This document shows, piece after piece, positions 37,255-46,544 of a DNA stretch of 64,000 nucleotides; the stretch's first letter is position 1; each line of letters starts with the position of its first letter. The DNA is taken from NCBI GenBank assembly GCA_016932785.1, contig JAFGCJ010000002.1:401777-465776 (forward strand), written 5' to 3'. Source of the DNA: Candidatus Dojkabacteria bacterium. Its GTDB lineage: Bacteria > Patescibacteriota > Dojkabacteria > SC72 > JAFGCJ01. The position numbers and the translations under genes are program-made. The notes beneath the pieces are model-generated. The model was not told the origin of the DNA. It ran no database searches and was given only the letters and a program-made list of their open reading frames with translations.

Positions 37255-38235
37255 CTATTTGGCAACTTTCTTTAACTCGGCTAGAAGATTATCTTCGACC
37301 TCGATCTCTCCAGCCTCCTCTACTTCCCGTCTCATTCTGTTTCCCCTCTCTCCAGGTACAAGTATTTCATCAAAGCCTTCCGCAAGTCGTGCTGATTTTA
37401 CCTCTTTTTTCATTCTGGTCACTTCCCTTACGAATTCTTCTTTATCGGTCATTATATTTGGATCAATAGCAATGATAAGATTACCGGCATTCTTGCTATT
37501 TGTATCAAAGAAATCCGCCCTGACTAGAGGTCCCGCGAGAATCTGTACAATCATCGCAAGCCCGGAACCTTTGTGTTTTGCCATAGTTGCGATAGCACCA
37601 TTCAGTATTTCTTCTGGCTTTACTGTTGGATTACCTTCCGAATCATAGCCACAGCCCTCTGACACGTCCTTACCGGCCGTCTTGGCCTCAACCAGACCGT
37701 AGTAAGCAATTGCAGACGTAGTGAAGTCTAGAATTATTGGGTCTTCTTCCGTAGGAACTGCATATGCTATTGGGTTAGTGCAGAACTTCGCCTTATTAGA
37801 TCCATATGGAGCCGTCAACTCAAAAGGAGATGCTGCACAGGCAAATCCTATAAATCCTTCTTTTGCGACTTTGCTTACATAGTAGCCAATCGCTCCTGTC
37901 GACTCTGTAGCATTGAAGTTACCAGCCATACCTATACCAGATTCTTTTGCTTTTTCTATAGCAAGTTCCGTATCACGCTCCATTACCAGCATGGCATGAT
38001 TCTTTCCTCCATCAACAAGTGCCGAAACCGGAGTTTCTTTTACAATCTTCATTTCGGTAATTCCCTCTCTCTTTGGAATCCCGTTACCAATCAGTTTCAC
38101 TATACCCTGGTTATTTCCGCGCAGCTGAGCATAGAAAAGTATATTCTTTATTACCTCTGTTTCCTCATCATTATATCCGTAGCTTTTTATTGCCTTTTCA
38201 GTCAAATCGGACAGTTCTTTAAGAGAAATCTTCAT
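37255..38235 (-). CDS. Ldh_2 family malate/L-lactate/sulfolactate dehydrogenase
   Basis: 326 aa. NILFYAQLRGNNQG, GFACAASPF and KGSGLAMIVQILAG resemble Ldh_2 family motifs. Confidence 0.8.
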   Translation of the reverse strand: MKISLKELSDLTEKAIKSYGYNDEETEVIKNILFYAQLRGNNQGIVKLIGNGIPKREGITEMKIVKETPVSALVDGGKNHAMLVMERDTELAIEKAKESGIGMAGNFNATESTGAIGYYVSKVAKEGFIGFACAASPFELTAPYGSNKAKFCTNPIAYAVPTEEDPIILDFTTSAIAYYGLVEAKTAGKDVSEGCGYDSEGNPTVKPEEILNGAIATMAKHKGSGLAMIVQILAGPLVRADFFDTNSKNAGNLIIAIDPNIMTDKEEFVREVTRMKKEVKSARLAEGFDEILVPGERGNRMRREVEEAGEIEVEDNLLAELKKVAK

Positions 38236-38266
38236 TATTATATTGCTAAATTAATATACTCTGAGG

Positions 38267-39994
38267 TTACCTCCACCCCCTTAATTTATAATACTCCTCC
38301 AACATTTTATCAAAATCTGACTTTAAAAGAGACCTTTTCTGGCCATCAACCTCAATTTCATAACCCAGTATGCGCTCAGGTAAGGTATTCTCTTCCAAGG
38401 AATGCCCGAGTTCTTTGTTTATTTCATACTCCAAGTCGAACACTATTCCCGCAATTTCATCCAATTGCTTAGAGGTAACTTTAATTCCAAGATATGCCTC
38501 AATACACCGAGACCAAATGTCGTTATCGTACATAAACCCAGCAAATCCACAAGTACCCAGACTGTCAAACTTCACATTCTTATTCTGAGCATTAATAGCT
38601 TCCTGTGCCTTCCCTTCAGTATCAAATCTCTTGTCTCCAGCACCAACATTTGCAGATACTGTATGTCCCTTTCGGTGATCTCCCCCCACAGGTGACGTCG
38701 CATATGTTATCGCCATTCCTATTGCTGCTCGAGGATCCCAAGCAGGAAGATCAAGGCCTTTAGCGTGAACAACATATTTCTTACCAACTCCAAAATTTTC
38801 AGCTGTCTTAAGAATTCCATCAGCCAGCTTTTCCCCATCTCCTTTGCGTTCTCCTATTTGCCTTATTAGCTCAAACATCCGTTCTGGAGTCCATTTATCA
38901 TCTATATCTCCTTTGTCAACACATTCTTTGTACCAGCCAAGAGCTCCACCTGTACTTATCGTGTCCAAACCATATTCATCACAAATCCTATTTGCCTCAA
39001 TAACAACGTCCAGATCAAAATTATCGCAGTTGGCACCAAGCGACCAGAGAGTCTCATATTCCGGACCTTTTACACCCTCCTCAGAATATTTCCCTCTTAA
39101 TATTCTCGTACACGCGAGCGGACAGCTCCAACACGCCTCTTTTTTCACAACTTTTTTCTTAAATCTATCGTACCCCAGTTGGTCAATTTCATCTTCATTA
39201 ATGAAATTCCTTCTGTAATTGCTGGCTGGGAAGGTTTGCCAGTCACTAGAGGTTTTCACTACCGGGCCTGTACAATATGTATCAACATCATTTTCAATCT
39301 CATGTTCAGCTTTCCGACCAAGGAATTCCTTAACAAGATCTCTAGTTTTATCAGAATCATGGCTTTCAAGAGGCAATTCACCTCTTCTAACTACAATAGC
39401 CTTTATTTTCTTAAAGCCGAAATGCCAGCCCGAACCGGCACGGCCAGAGGCACGATTACCGAATTGAACAATTGCATACTTAACAAGATTCTCACCACCT
39501 CTTCCAATAGAGCCAATCGAAATATCCTGACCGTCATACTTTCGAGCTAATATTCTCCGTGTTTCATAGACGTTCTTACCGGCAATATCGGAGGCGTCCT
39601 TGATTTTTATGCCATCTGCACCAACTTCAAGATAAACCCATTTTTTAGAAACACCTCTTATCTGAAGAACAGAAATTTCCTGAGACTTCAGATATGCCCC
39701 AAAACGCCCACCAGAACTCGAGCTAAGAAGAAATCCCGTTAAAGGAGAGCTAGTAACAAGACTCATTCTACTGGAAGAAGCAAAGGGGGTACCGGTTAAC
39801 AGTCCTGGAACAAGAAACAACGAGTTATCAGGATCATCTGCAGGTCGAGGATCCTGGGAATAAAGATGAGCCCCCAGTCCACGGCCGCCCAGATACTTTC
39901 TAATAATATCCTCTTCAAGGTCTTTCTGATCCACCTGACCTGTACTAAGATCGAGAGTTAGAATCTTTCCAAAATTCACAAAACACAGACTCAA
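38267..39994 (-). CDS. Aldehyde:ferredoxin oxidoreductase (tungsto/molybdopterin AOR family)
   Basis: KYLGGRGLGAHLY (AFOR_N), the 4Fe-4S ligand region EACWSCPLAC, and DTISTGGALGW. The start may be the GTG at 39979. Confidence 0.85.
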   Translation of the reverse strand: MSLCFVNFGKILTLDLSTGQVDQKDLEEDIIRKYLGGRGLGAHLYSQDPRPADDPDNSLFLVPGLLTGTPFASSSRMSLVTSSPLTGFLLSSSSGGRFGAYLKSQEISVLQIRGVSKKWVYLEVGADGIKIKDASDIAGKNVYETRRILARKYDGQDISIGSIGRGGENLVKYAIVQFGNRASGRAGSGWHFGFKKIKAIVVRRGELPLESHDSDKTRDLVKEFLGRKAEHEIENDVDTYCTGPVVKTSSDWQTFPASNYRRNFINEDEIDQLGYDRFKKKVVKKEACWSCPLACTRILRGKYSEEGVKGPEYETLWSLGANCDNFDLDVVIEANRICDEYGLDTISTGGALGWYKECVDKGDIDDKWTPERMFELIRQIGERKGDGEKLADGILKTAENFGVGKKYVVHAKGLDLPAWDPRAAIGMAITYATSPVGGDHRKGHTVSANVGAGDKRFDTEGKAQEAINAQNKNVKFDSLGTCGFAGFMYDNDIWSRCIEAYLGIKVTSKQLDEIAGIVFDLEYEINKELGHSLEENTLPERILGYEIEVDGQKRSLLKSDFDKMLEEYYKLRGWR

Positions 39995-40060
39995 AACTTA
40001 ACCCCAGATATTATAAAATAATATAGTGTTAGTGTAAAATAAAATTATACTCCTCACAAT

Positions 40061-40393
40061 ATGACAAAACCTAAAATGATTCTTATTTATATAACTTGCG
40101 AAAGCCTTAAACAGGCAAAAGAAATCGGTGCGCTTCTTCTCAAAAAAAACTTGGCAGGATGCATAAACATCATTCCAGAGGTTCAGCCTATGTTTATCTG
40201 GCCTCCTGGTTCAGGAAAGATAGATGAGAGCAAGGAAGTTATACTGCTTGTAAAGTCGATAGAAGAAAAATATGAGAAAATAGAAAAGAAAGTACTATCA
40301 GCACACAGTTTTGATACTGTCTGTATTTTTGCAATTCCTGTTATGAAGGTCGGAAAAAAATACTACGAGTGGTTACTGAGCGAGATCAAGTAA
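40061..40393 (+). CDS. cutA: Divalent-cation tolerance protein CutA
   Basis: 110 aa. ILIYITCESLKQAKEIGALLLKKNLAGCINI...YYEWL, typical CutA1. Confidence 0.8.
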   Translation: MTKPKMILIYITCESLKQAKEIGALLLKKNLAGCINIIPEVQPMFIWPPGSGKIDESKEVILLVKSIEEKYEKIEKKVLSAHSFDTVCIFAIPVMKVGKKYYEWLLSEIK

Positions 40394-40423
40394 TACAGAG
40401 ACCATATACCATGCTTAGAAAGC

Positions 40424-41167
40424 CTAAACTTCAAATTTCTCCCCAATTGCTATTGCAACCTGCTTAGTGATCTGACACAACAACTCCCGCTCCCCCTCAA
40501 AATCACTTTTAATCTTCTTTATGTAAACTATCACCCCAATAATATTCCCCTCGTACTCAAGAGGTACCAGGAGATGACTCTTATCTCCAGACACCTCCTG
40601 CAGTTTATCAGCCAGATCTTGACTCACTCCCGGACACAGATATTCCCGCGTCAGATACGTCAGATATGTCTTCTTATCCAATGTACACTTCACTGTCAGA
40701 TTTTCTAAATCATTAGATAATGACAAACGAAACTCGGAAAAAGGTCTATCTAAACAGGAAAAGACTTTTTTCGAAATATTACTGTTAGTAAGAGCAGCGG
40801 CACATAGATCGTCATTCTTAACAAGAAAAATCACTGAGGCCAAATAACCCAATTTGAGAATAAGATCATTTACAGTCTTCGCAAGCACATCCTCTAATGT
40901 CTCGGCGGAGAGAATATCTGTAGCAACATCAAAAAGCGCTGCAGGATCCTTATAGTCAATTCCAAACAGAGAAGCAATTTGAGGCGTCTCAAGCTTCAAT
41001 GCCTTTGAAATATCAATAATCGTCTCTTTAGTCGGGTTTACTCTACCGTTTTCTATTCGACTGATACAGCCAGGAGATGTCCCAATAGCTAGTTCGAGAT
41101 CAAGTTGGCTGACCCCAACGTCATTACGAAAAGCTTTAATTTTTTCTCCAATAGAGATTTCTGCCAT
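40424..41167 (-). CDS. XRE-family HTH transcriptional regulator with a GAF-like C-terminal sensor domain
   Basis: IGEKIKAFRNDVGVSQLDLELAIGTSPGCISRIENGRVNP (Cro/C1 HTH). The C-terminus LLVPLEYEGNIIGVIVY resembles the GAF core. Confidence 0.7.
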   Translation of the reverse strand: MAEISIGEKIKAFRNDVGVSQLDLELAIGTSPGCISRIENGRVNPTKETIIDISKALKLETPQIASLFGIDYKDPAALFDVATDILSAETLEDVLAKTVNDLILKLGYLASVIFLVKNDDLCAAALTNSNISKKVFSCLDRPFSEFRLSLSNDLENLTVKCTLDKKTYLTYLTREYLCPGVSQDLADKLQEVSGDKSHLLVPLEYEGNIIGVIVYIKKIKSDFEGERELLCQITKQVAIAIGEKFEV

Positions 41168-41245
41168 CTGTAATATATTATATAACAACAACATTAATCA
41201 TATAAATCCCATACCCTAAACTGAAACAGTGCTACAATATAGCCT

Positions 41246-42280
41246 ATGCAATACTTCGACCTAGGAACCATAGACAAAATACAAAACTACAGACAAAAGC
41301 AACTCAATAACGGAATCTTTAAGCAACTTGTATATTCTATCGACGAAATTCAAACACTACCTCAGAGTATCAGGGAGAAAATTAAATCAAAACTGTCATT
41401 TCCATCACTTAGACAAGTCAAAGAGGCGCAATCCCAGGATAAATCCGCACTAAAGGTGCTTCTTGAATGCCTCGACGGAAAACAAATTGAATCAGTACTG
41501 CTAAGTCACGAAGATGGCAGAAAAACAGTCTGCATATCAACTCAGATCGGATGTCCCATGGGATGTAAATTCTGCGCGACAGGACAAATGGGGTTTACAA
41601 GAAATCTCACCCACCAGGAAATAGTCGACCAGGTACTCCATTTTGCAAGACTCCTCGCGAAAACTGAAAAGAGAATATCTAACATCGTATTTATGGGAAT
41701 GGGAGAACCTCTTCTGAATCTAAATAACGTTATCTCCGCTACAGAGATTCTTACCGACGCAGAGCAGTTCGGAATTGGTTCAAGAAGAATCACTCTATCC
41801 ACCGTGGGTCTTATCAAACCTATGAGAGAATATTTTAAAAAATTTCCACAGGTTAACCTTGCCATCAGTCTTCACTCCGCCAATCAAAAGAAAAGAAAGC
41901 TTCTCATGCCCAAAGCCTCAACAACTTCAATCGACGACCTTATAAAATATATCAAGTATCATATCCAGAAATACAATCGCAGAATCACACTTGAATACTC
42001 ATTAATTGAAAACTTTAATGATTCTCCGTCAGATGCCAAAGAAATAGAAAACCTTATTTATTCGGTATCCCCCGACGCTGCAAAGCTTATACACATAAAC
42101 CTCATACCTTACAATGAGATAAACGGTATTAAGTTCAAGGCATCACCAAGACACAGAGTTAATGAATTTAGACGAGTCCTTGCCGAGCTTGGGATTAATG
42201 CAACAGTCAGGAAAAGTCTTGGGCAAGACAAAAAGGCTGCATGTGGAATGCTCAAAACTACCTCAAAGAAACATAAATAA
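41246..42280 (+). CDS. rlmN: 23S rRNA/tRNA adenine-C2 methyltransferase RlmN (radical SAM)
   Basis: CISTQIGCPMGCKFCATG, NIVFMGMGEPL, TLSTVG and the C-terminal ACGML. Confidence 0.9.
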   Translation: MQYFDLGTIDKIQNYRQKQLNNGIFKQLVYSIDEIQTLPQSIREKIKSKLSFPSLRQVKEAQSQDKSALKVLLECLDGKQIESVLLSHEDGRKTVCISTQIGCPMGCKFCATGQMGFTRNLTHQEIVDQVLHFARLLAKTEKRISNIVFMGMGEPLLNLNNVISATEILTDAEQFGIGSRRITLSTVGLIKPMREYFKKFPQVNLAISLHSANQKKRKLLMPKASTTSIDDLIKYIKYHIQKYNRRITLEYSLIENFNDSPSDAKEIENLIYSVSPDAAKLIHINLIPYNEINGIKFKASPRHRVNEFRRVLAELGINATVRKSLGQDKKAACGMLKTTSKKHK

Positions 42281-42388
42281 TCCCTTCACGTAAGCAGATC
42301 TTCATGCCACTTGCAAAGACCAGGACAAATAGTTTATTATGAAATGATACCCCAACCGACCTGCCCATTAATTTCGCTGATCAATTAC

Positions 42389-42691
42389 ATGGCACATTTT
42401 GGTGATCCATTTTCCGTTCTAGCCAAGAAAGATAAACTTACAAAGAGCGAACTCATTAGAGCAATCAGACTTATGGTTGCTGCAGAATATGAAGCTGTTC
42501 AATTGTATACACAGCTAGCTGAGTCAATTGACGACAAACTTTCACAGGAAGTTCTTCTAGATATCGCCGACGAAGAAAAAGTCCACGCTGGAGAGTTCCT
42601 CAGGTTATTAAAGGAGCTAGATCCGGAAGAATTCAAACACTACAAAGAAGGAGAGGACGAAGTAGCAGAAATAATAGAGAAGACAAGCTAA
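42389..42691 (+). CDS. Small ferritin-like protein of the EncFtn/rubrerythrin-like family, stand-alone
   Basis: ELIRAIRLMVAAEYEAVQLYTQLAESIDD...VLLDIADEEKVHAGEFLRLLKELDPEE (ExxH di-iron type motif). ATG at 42389 preferred to the listed TTG start. Confidence 0.65.
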   Translation: MAHFGDPFSVLAKKDKLTKSELIRAIRLMVAAEYEAVQLYTQLAESIDDKLSQEVLLDIADEEKVHAGEFLRLLKELDPEEFKHYKEGEDEVAEIIEKTS

Positions 42692-42721
42692 GGAGCTACA
42701 TTTCTATTTATCTAACGCTAA

Positions 42722-43699
42722 TTATTGAATCTTATCATTTCCTGAAACAAAAGGTATACCAGTGAGTGACTGAACATGGAACTCACTCACCCTATACACT
42801 CTGAGGAACTTGCTTCTACCGTCACGAACGTCATCATCCTTCCGCCGGTGTCCAAAAGTTACACTGGGCATTTCAGAGAACTCTAAAGCCAAAAAACCTG
42901 TCAAACCTCTTACTCTTAAAAAAGAAAGCCCTACCATTATAATCTTCGAATTAACCTCTCCCATATTCGGTCCTGGAATATGTAATCCCAGACCAACAGT
43001 GCTGACGAAGTTTCCTCTAAGACCGTATCCAAAACCATCTCTACGGTACCCGTCCCTACCAGTGCTAAGGGAGCCGCTTTGCATTCTAACCCAGTGCAAA
43101 CGTTCATCCTGACCAAAACCATTGGGCACCCTCACTGCTATATCAACTACATTCGGAACTAAACTCGTCAATGCATATTCTCCACTATTCGAGAAGGTTA
43201 TAACCAAAAGTCGGCCACTATTTAAATCTTCCAACCCCTCCACTCCATCTTCAAATAAAGCTCCTAAATCAACATTCACTCTTCGAGATAAAACAGGTTC
43301 ATCTTTATTTAAATATGGGCCAAACCCAACAATGATGTTTCGAGAGAGAATATCATATCCAGTAGTAACTCCGACAAAAGTAGTAGACCTGCATTCAGCG
43401 CACCTGATTGGATAATAACCACCAAGAGCTAAACCTGTTCTCTCATCAGCTGTATTGACCCCAGGAGCAAAGAAATGGACATCAGGCCGTTCTCCTTCGC
43501 CTTTATATTCAAAGGAAAGAGGTGAACCATCACGTCTGGTAATTTTACCAGGCTCTATTCCTGCCAAGATTTGTCCCGCCATTGAAATAGCTTCAGATGA
43601 ATCATACCCGCGAAGGGCTTCTAGAGTTGCGAGGGCATCGTCTCCACGCCCTTTCATACTCTCAAGCCTACTTGAAAATCCGTTTTCTTCTGCTGCCAC
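42722..43699 (-). CDS. Hypothetical Gly/Arg-rich protein (orphan, predicted beta-rich)
   Basis: 325-codon ORF with host-like A/T third positions but atypical amino-acid composition. No TM helix, signal peptide or recognised motif. GTG start (an ATG at 43657 is possible). Confidence 0.45.
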   Translation of the reverse strand: MAAEENGFSSRLESMKGRGDDALATLEALRGYDSSEAISMAGQILAGIEPGKITRRDGSPLSFEYKGEGERPDVHFFAPGVNTADERTGLALGGYYPIRCAECRSTTFVGVTTGYDILSRNIIVGFGPYLNKDEPVLSRRVNVDLGALFEDGVEGLEDLNSGRLLVITFSNSGEYALTSLVPNVVDIAVRVPNGFGQDERLHWVRMQSGSLSTGRDGYRRDGFGYGLRGNFVSTVGLGLHIPGPNMGEVNSKIIMVGLSFLRVRGLTGFLALEFSEMPSVTFGHRRKDDDVRDGRSKFLRVYRVSEFHVQSLTGIPFVSGNDKIQ

Positions 43700-43792
43700 A
43701 ATTCATCAAGAAAAAGTTACCGGGCAAATATTATGGGGCAGTATACCTAATAGGCATCAGTACTTACAAGAATCGAAAAACTTAATATATCG

Positions 43793-44068
43793 CTACTTCT
43801 TCAATTCCTTCTTCAAGCTCTCAATATCATCCTTTGTTGCAACACCGATCTCGGATAAAACATTCTTAACGCCTTCGCGAATTCTTTTATCCAAATCTTT
43901 TCCCTGTTTGGAGATGTCTGACCATACTTCGTCAGCCACTTTTCTGCCTTCCTCAGGAGTTATTTTTTCTTCCTTTTGCATTTTTGTCATGAACTCGTCG
44001 AGCTTTTCCTTTGTTATCTCATACGTTCCGATACCAAAAAGAATAGATTTCTTTACTAGGTCAACCAT
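43793..44068 (-). CDS. Phasin-family protein (COG3937-like)
   Basis: LVKKSILFGIGTYEITKEKLDEFMTKM...EIGVATKDDIESLKKELKK matches the phasin/PHA-regulator pattern. 8-nt overlap with the upstream ABC1 kinase gene. Confidence 0.65.
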   Translation of the reverse strand: MVDLVKKSILFGIGTYEITKEKLDEFMTKMQKEEKITPEEGRKVADEVWSDISKQGKDLDKRIREGVKNVLSEIGVATKDDIESLKKELKK

Positions 44069-45695
44069 AATTAGCTCTTTTAAGAATTAAAATAGAAAAC
44101 ACTATAGTAACTATTATAGCAAGAACCCAGATATAGCGTAAACTGACGACATCCAATACACCCGAAAATGAGAGCGCAAAAACACCAAAAAGAACAAGAA
44201 TTAATAGAAATCCTGTCAACATAATTATTAAAATATTTTGACTGATTCCAGAAGGCTCTTTCTTGTAAGAACTAAGATCAAAGCCCTCCTCAGAAGATTT
44301 TTCAAGAATTTTTTCAGCCGAATCCAACAATTTCGCTGCAACAGTAGGAAACTTTGATGCCACCTCGGCATATTTATACATAGCTCTGACAAGATTGGAA
44401 TCCGAAAATCTATCGGCAAATTCCTCAATAGATTTTTTCTGGAAAAATGGTGCAATCTCAGTAAAGGGATCCAAATCAGGAGCAAGCTTAAGAGCTATTC
44501 CATCCATGGTCACAAACTGCTTGGAAAACAAAACCACATCAACAGGCCATTCTATTCCATTTTTAGATCCTATATAGAGAAGTTTTACCATAAATTGTGT
44601 GAATCCTATATCACCTATACTTGACCCAGAATATTTCAGAATAAAATCACTCAGTTCTTGCCTAAGAATCTTAACCTTTTCATTTCCTATCTTTTCATCA
44701 ATTGTCAAAACCACATCGACAATTTTCTGAATCTCACCTGAATTTACAGCATTAACGATATCTCTAATCTTATCCTGAATGAATTTGTTCAAATTACCGA
44801 CAATACCGAAGTCTATAAGACAAATTCTATCATCGTTATCCACTATTACATTAGCAGGATGTGGATCACCATGAAACAGTCCACCTTCAAAGTTCTGTAT
44901 CACCATAACCTTAAAACATTTCTGAATCAGCTCTCTGGTATTAAAGGTTCGTCCTTTCACTTTGACTATGCCCTCATCATCATTTTTCTTATTTTGCATT
45001 ATCTCGTCCAGAGAAACCCCATTAATAAACTCCATAACAAGCACTCTGGAGGTCGAATATTCTCTATATGGCCTAGGAATTCGAAAATCTAGATTGTCCT
45101 TATATTTAAATCGAAATTTCTCCATATTCCCAAGTTCCACCATGTAATCAAGCTCCTTGACTGTCCACTTCTCAAATTCTTCTAGTATTTCAGGAATACG
45201 ATAATACCGAACAGCCTCAAACACCTTAGCCAATCGAACAACTTTCTTGAATATACTTATATCCTTCTTTATCTTCGAGGTCACCCCTGGACGCCTGACC
45301 TTGATAGCAACAACGTCACCATTTTTCAACATTGCCTTGTACACCTGGCCGATAGAGGCTGCGGCAATAGGCTTTTCATGGAACTTCTGAAAAAGTTGTT
45401 TGATAGGAATACCAACTTCTCTTTCAATTCTTTCTTTGGCAACTTCATCGTCAAAAGGCTCACCATCATCTAAAAGACCTTGCAATTCCATACAAACCTC
45501 AGAGGGCAGTAAGTCGAACCTAACACTAAGCATCTGACCGAATTTAATAAAGGCCGGACCAAGATTCTCAAGTTTCTTGCGAAGATATTTCCCAAAAGCC
45601 TCTTTATTTTTTTTAGACATAGCGTTCAGCCCCCTACCTTTATAGGCAATCTCAGTAAGTGCAGCCAGAATTGTAATGAAGCGGTCAATTTTCAT
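44061..45695 (-). CDS. ABC1/UbiB-family atypical protein kinase
   Basis: LGPAFIKFGQMLSVRFDLLP, AAASIGQVYKA, VAIKVRRPG, HGDPHPANV, LIDFG and C-terminal TM helices. Confidence 0.85.
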   Translation of the reverse strand: MKIDRFITILAALTEIAYKGRGLNAMSKKNKEAFGKYLRKKLENLGPAFIKFGQMLSVRFDLLPSEVCMELQGLLDDGEPFDDEVAKERIEREVGIPIKQLFQKFHEKPIAAASIGQVYKAMLKNGDVVAIKVRRPGVTSKIKKDISIFKKVVRLAKVFEAVRYYRIPEILEEFEKWTVKELDYMVELGNMEKFRFKYKDNLDFRIPRPYREYSTSRVLVMEFINGVSLDEIMQNKKNDDEGIVKVKGRTFNTRELIQKCFKVMVIQNFEGGLFHGDPHPANVIVDNDDRICLIDFGIVGNLNKFIQDKIRDIVNAVNSGEIQKIVDVVLTIDEKIGNEKVKILRQELSDFILKYSGSSIGDIGFTQFMVKLLYIGSKNGIEWPVDVVLFSKQFVTMDGIALKLAPDLDPFTEIAPFFQKKSIEEFADRFSDSNLVRAMYKYAEVASKFPTVAAKLLDSAEKILEKSSEEGFDLSSYKKEPSGISQNILIIMLTGFLLILVLFGVFALSFSGVLDVVSLRYIWVLAIIVTIVFSILILKRANYG

Positions 45696-45731
45696 ATATC
45701 TATGAAAACAGAATTCGGAAAAGATAGCAAA

Positions 45732-46520
45732 TCAAATGTCGAAATCGAGAACGAGGGGATAATGATCGGATACTTTAGCTTCTAGAACTTCAAATCCTTT
45801 CACCCTAACCTGATCATTTACAAAAATATAATCATCAACACGAAGTCCCTTATCTATCTCGTCCTCAAAATCAGGCCTCGTCGCTTTTATCCCATATTCC
45901 TTAATCATGTTTCGAAACGATCCATTCATAATCCCAACGGACTCACAGGAAGGGTCAAGATTGAAATCACCGACAATACATACCGGCAGATTTGCTCCGC
46001 CAAAATTATCTACTATAAACTGAGACTGAGCTACTGTTCTCTCGTCACCCATCTTATCCTGAGTCCAAATCCCATGTAAATGACCCAGCCTTACACTGTT
46101 ACCATTAAAGTCAATGGTAACATCCTGTATTGCTCTTCCATGATCCTCCTTCTTCCAGTTCGTCCAATCAAGAGCTAGTGAATACTCTTTATAGTAATGC
46201 ATGTTTTTTGCCTCCAAAAAAGGATATTTTGACAAGATATAATTACCCTGCTCAACTAAACCTTCAAAATTCTCTATCATTTTATTTCCATGCTTGATTG
46301 CTTCACATATCCAAAGAGGCCCAAAGAAAGAATACCCATATGTCGAAGAAAGAGCATCATCAATAACCTGTTTCGATCTAAATTTCTCTTTTACACTATC
46401 CTGGAAGTGCCGAGTGACCTCCTGAAGACATATTACATCACAATCAAGCTCTTTAAGATATTTTGCCACTTCTGAAGCATTATCCAAGCGAATTCCAACA
46501 TTTAGACTCACAATATTCAT
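45732..46520 (-). CDS. Endonuclease/exonuclease/phosphatase (EEP) family protein
   Basis: MNIVSLNVG, VICLQEV, GDFN and VSDHYPLVLDF. Confidence 0.8.
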   Translation of the reverse strand: MNIVSLNVGIRLDNASEVAKYLKELDCDVICLQEVTRHFQDSVKEKFRSKQVIDDALSSTYGYSFFGPLWICEAIKHGNKMIENFEGLVEQGNYILSKYPFLEAKNMHYYKEYSLALDWTNWKKEDHGRAIQDVTIDFNGNSVRLGHLHGIWTQDKMGDERTVAQSQFIVDNFGGANLPVCIVGDFNLDPSCESVGIMNGSFRNMIKEYGIKATRPDFEDEIDKGLRVDDYIFVNDQVRVKGFEVLEAKVSDHYPLVLDFDI

Positions 46521-46544
46521 ATCTAATACAACAATTATCTAAAT

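Noticed and set aside
42722-43699. Encapsulin shell gene partnering the adjacent EncFtn-like ferritin.
   Set aside because: It lies on the opposite strand in convergent orientation and shows no similarity by eye to family 1 encapsulins such as the T. maritima sequence. The ferritin lacks a recognisable targeting peptide. It is kept only as something to test by fold search.
43455-44090. Long plus-strand ORFs (211, 100 and 97 aa) across 42810..44090. Similar antisense ORFs occur at 37247..37648, 28472..28888, 16425..16769 and 38844..39218.
   Set aside because: They are antisense to well-supported genes. Their translations are low-complexity and Ser/Pro/Thr-rich without motifs. They arise where the sense gene is locally less AT-rich, so they are treated as shadow ORFs.
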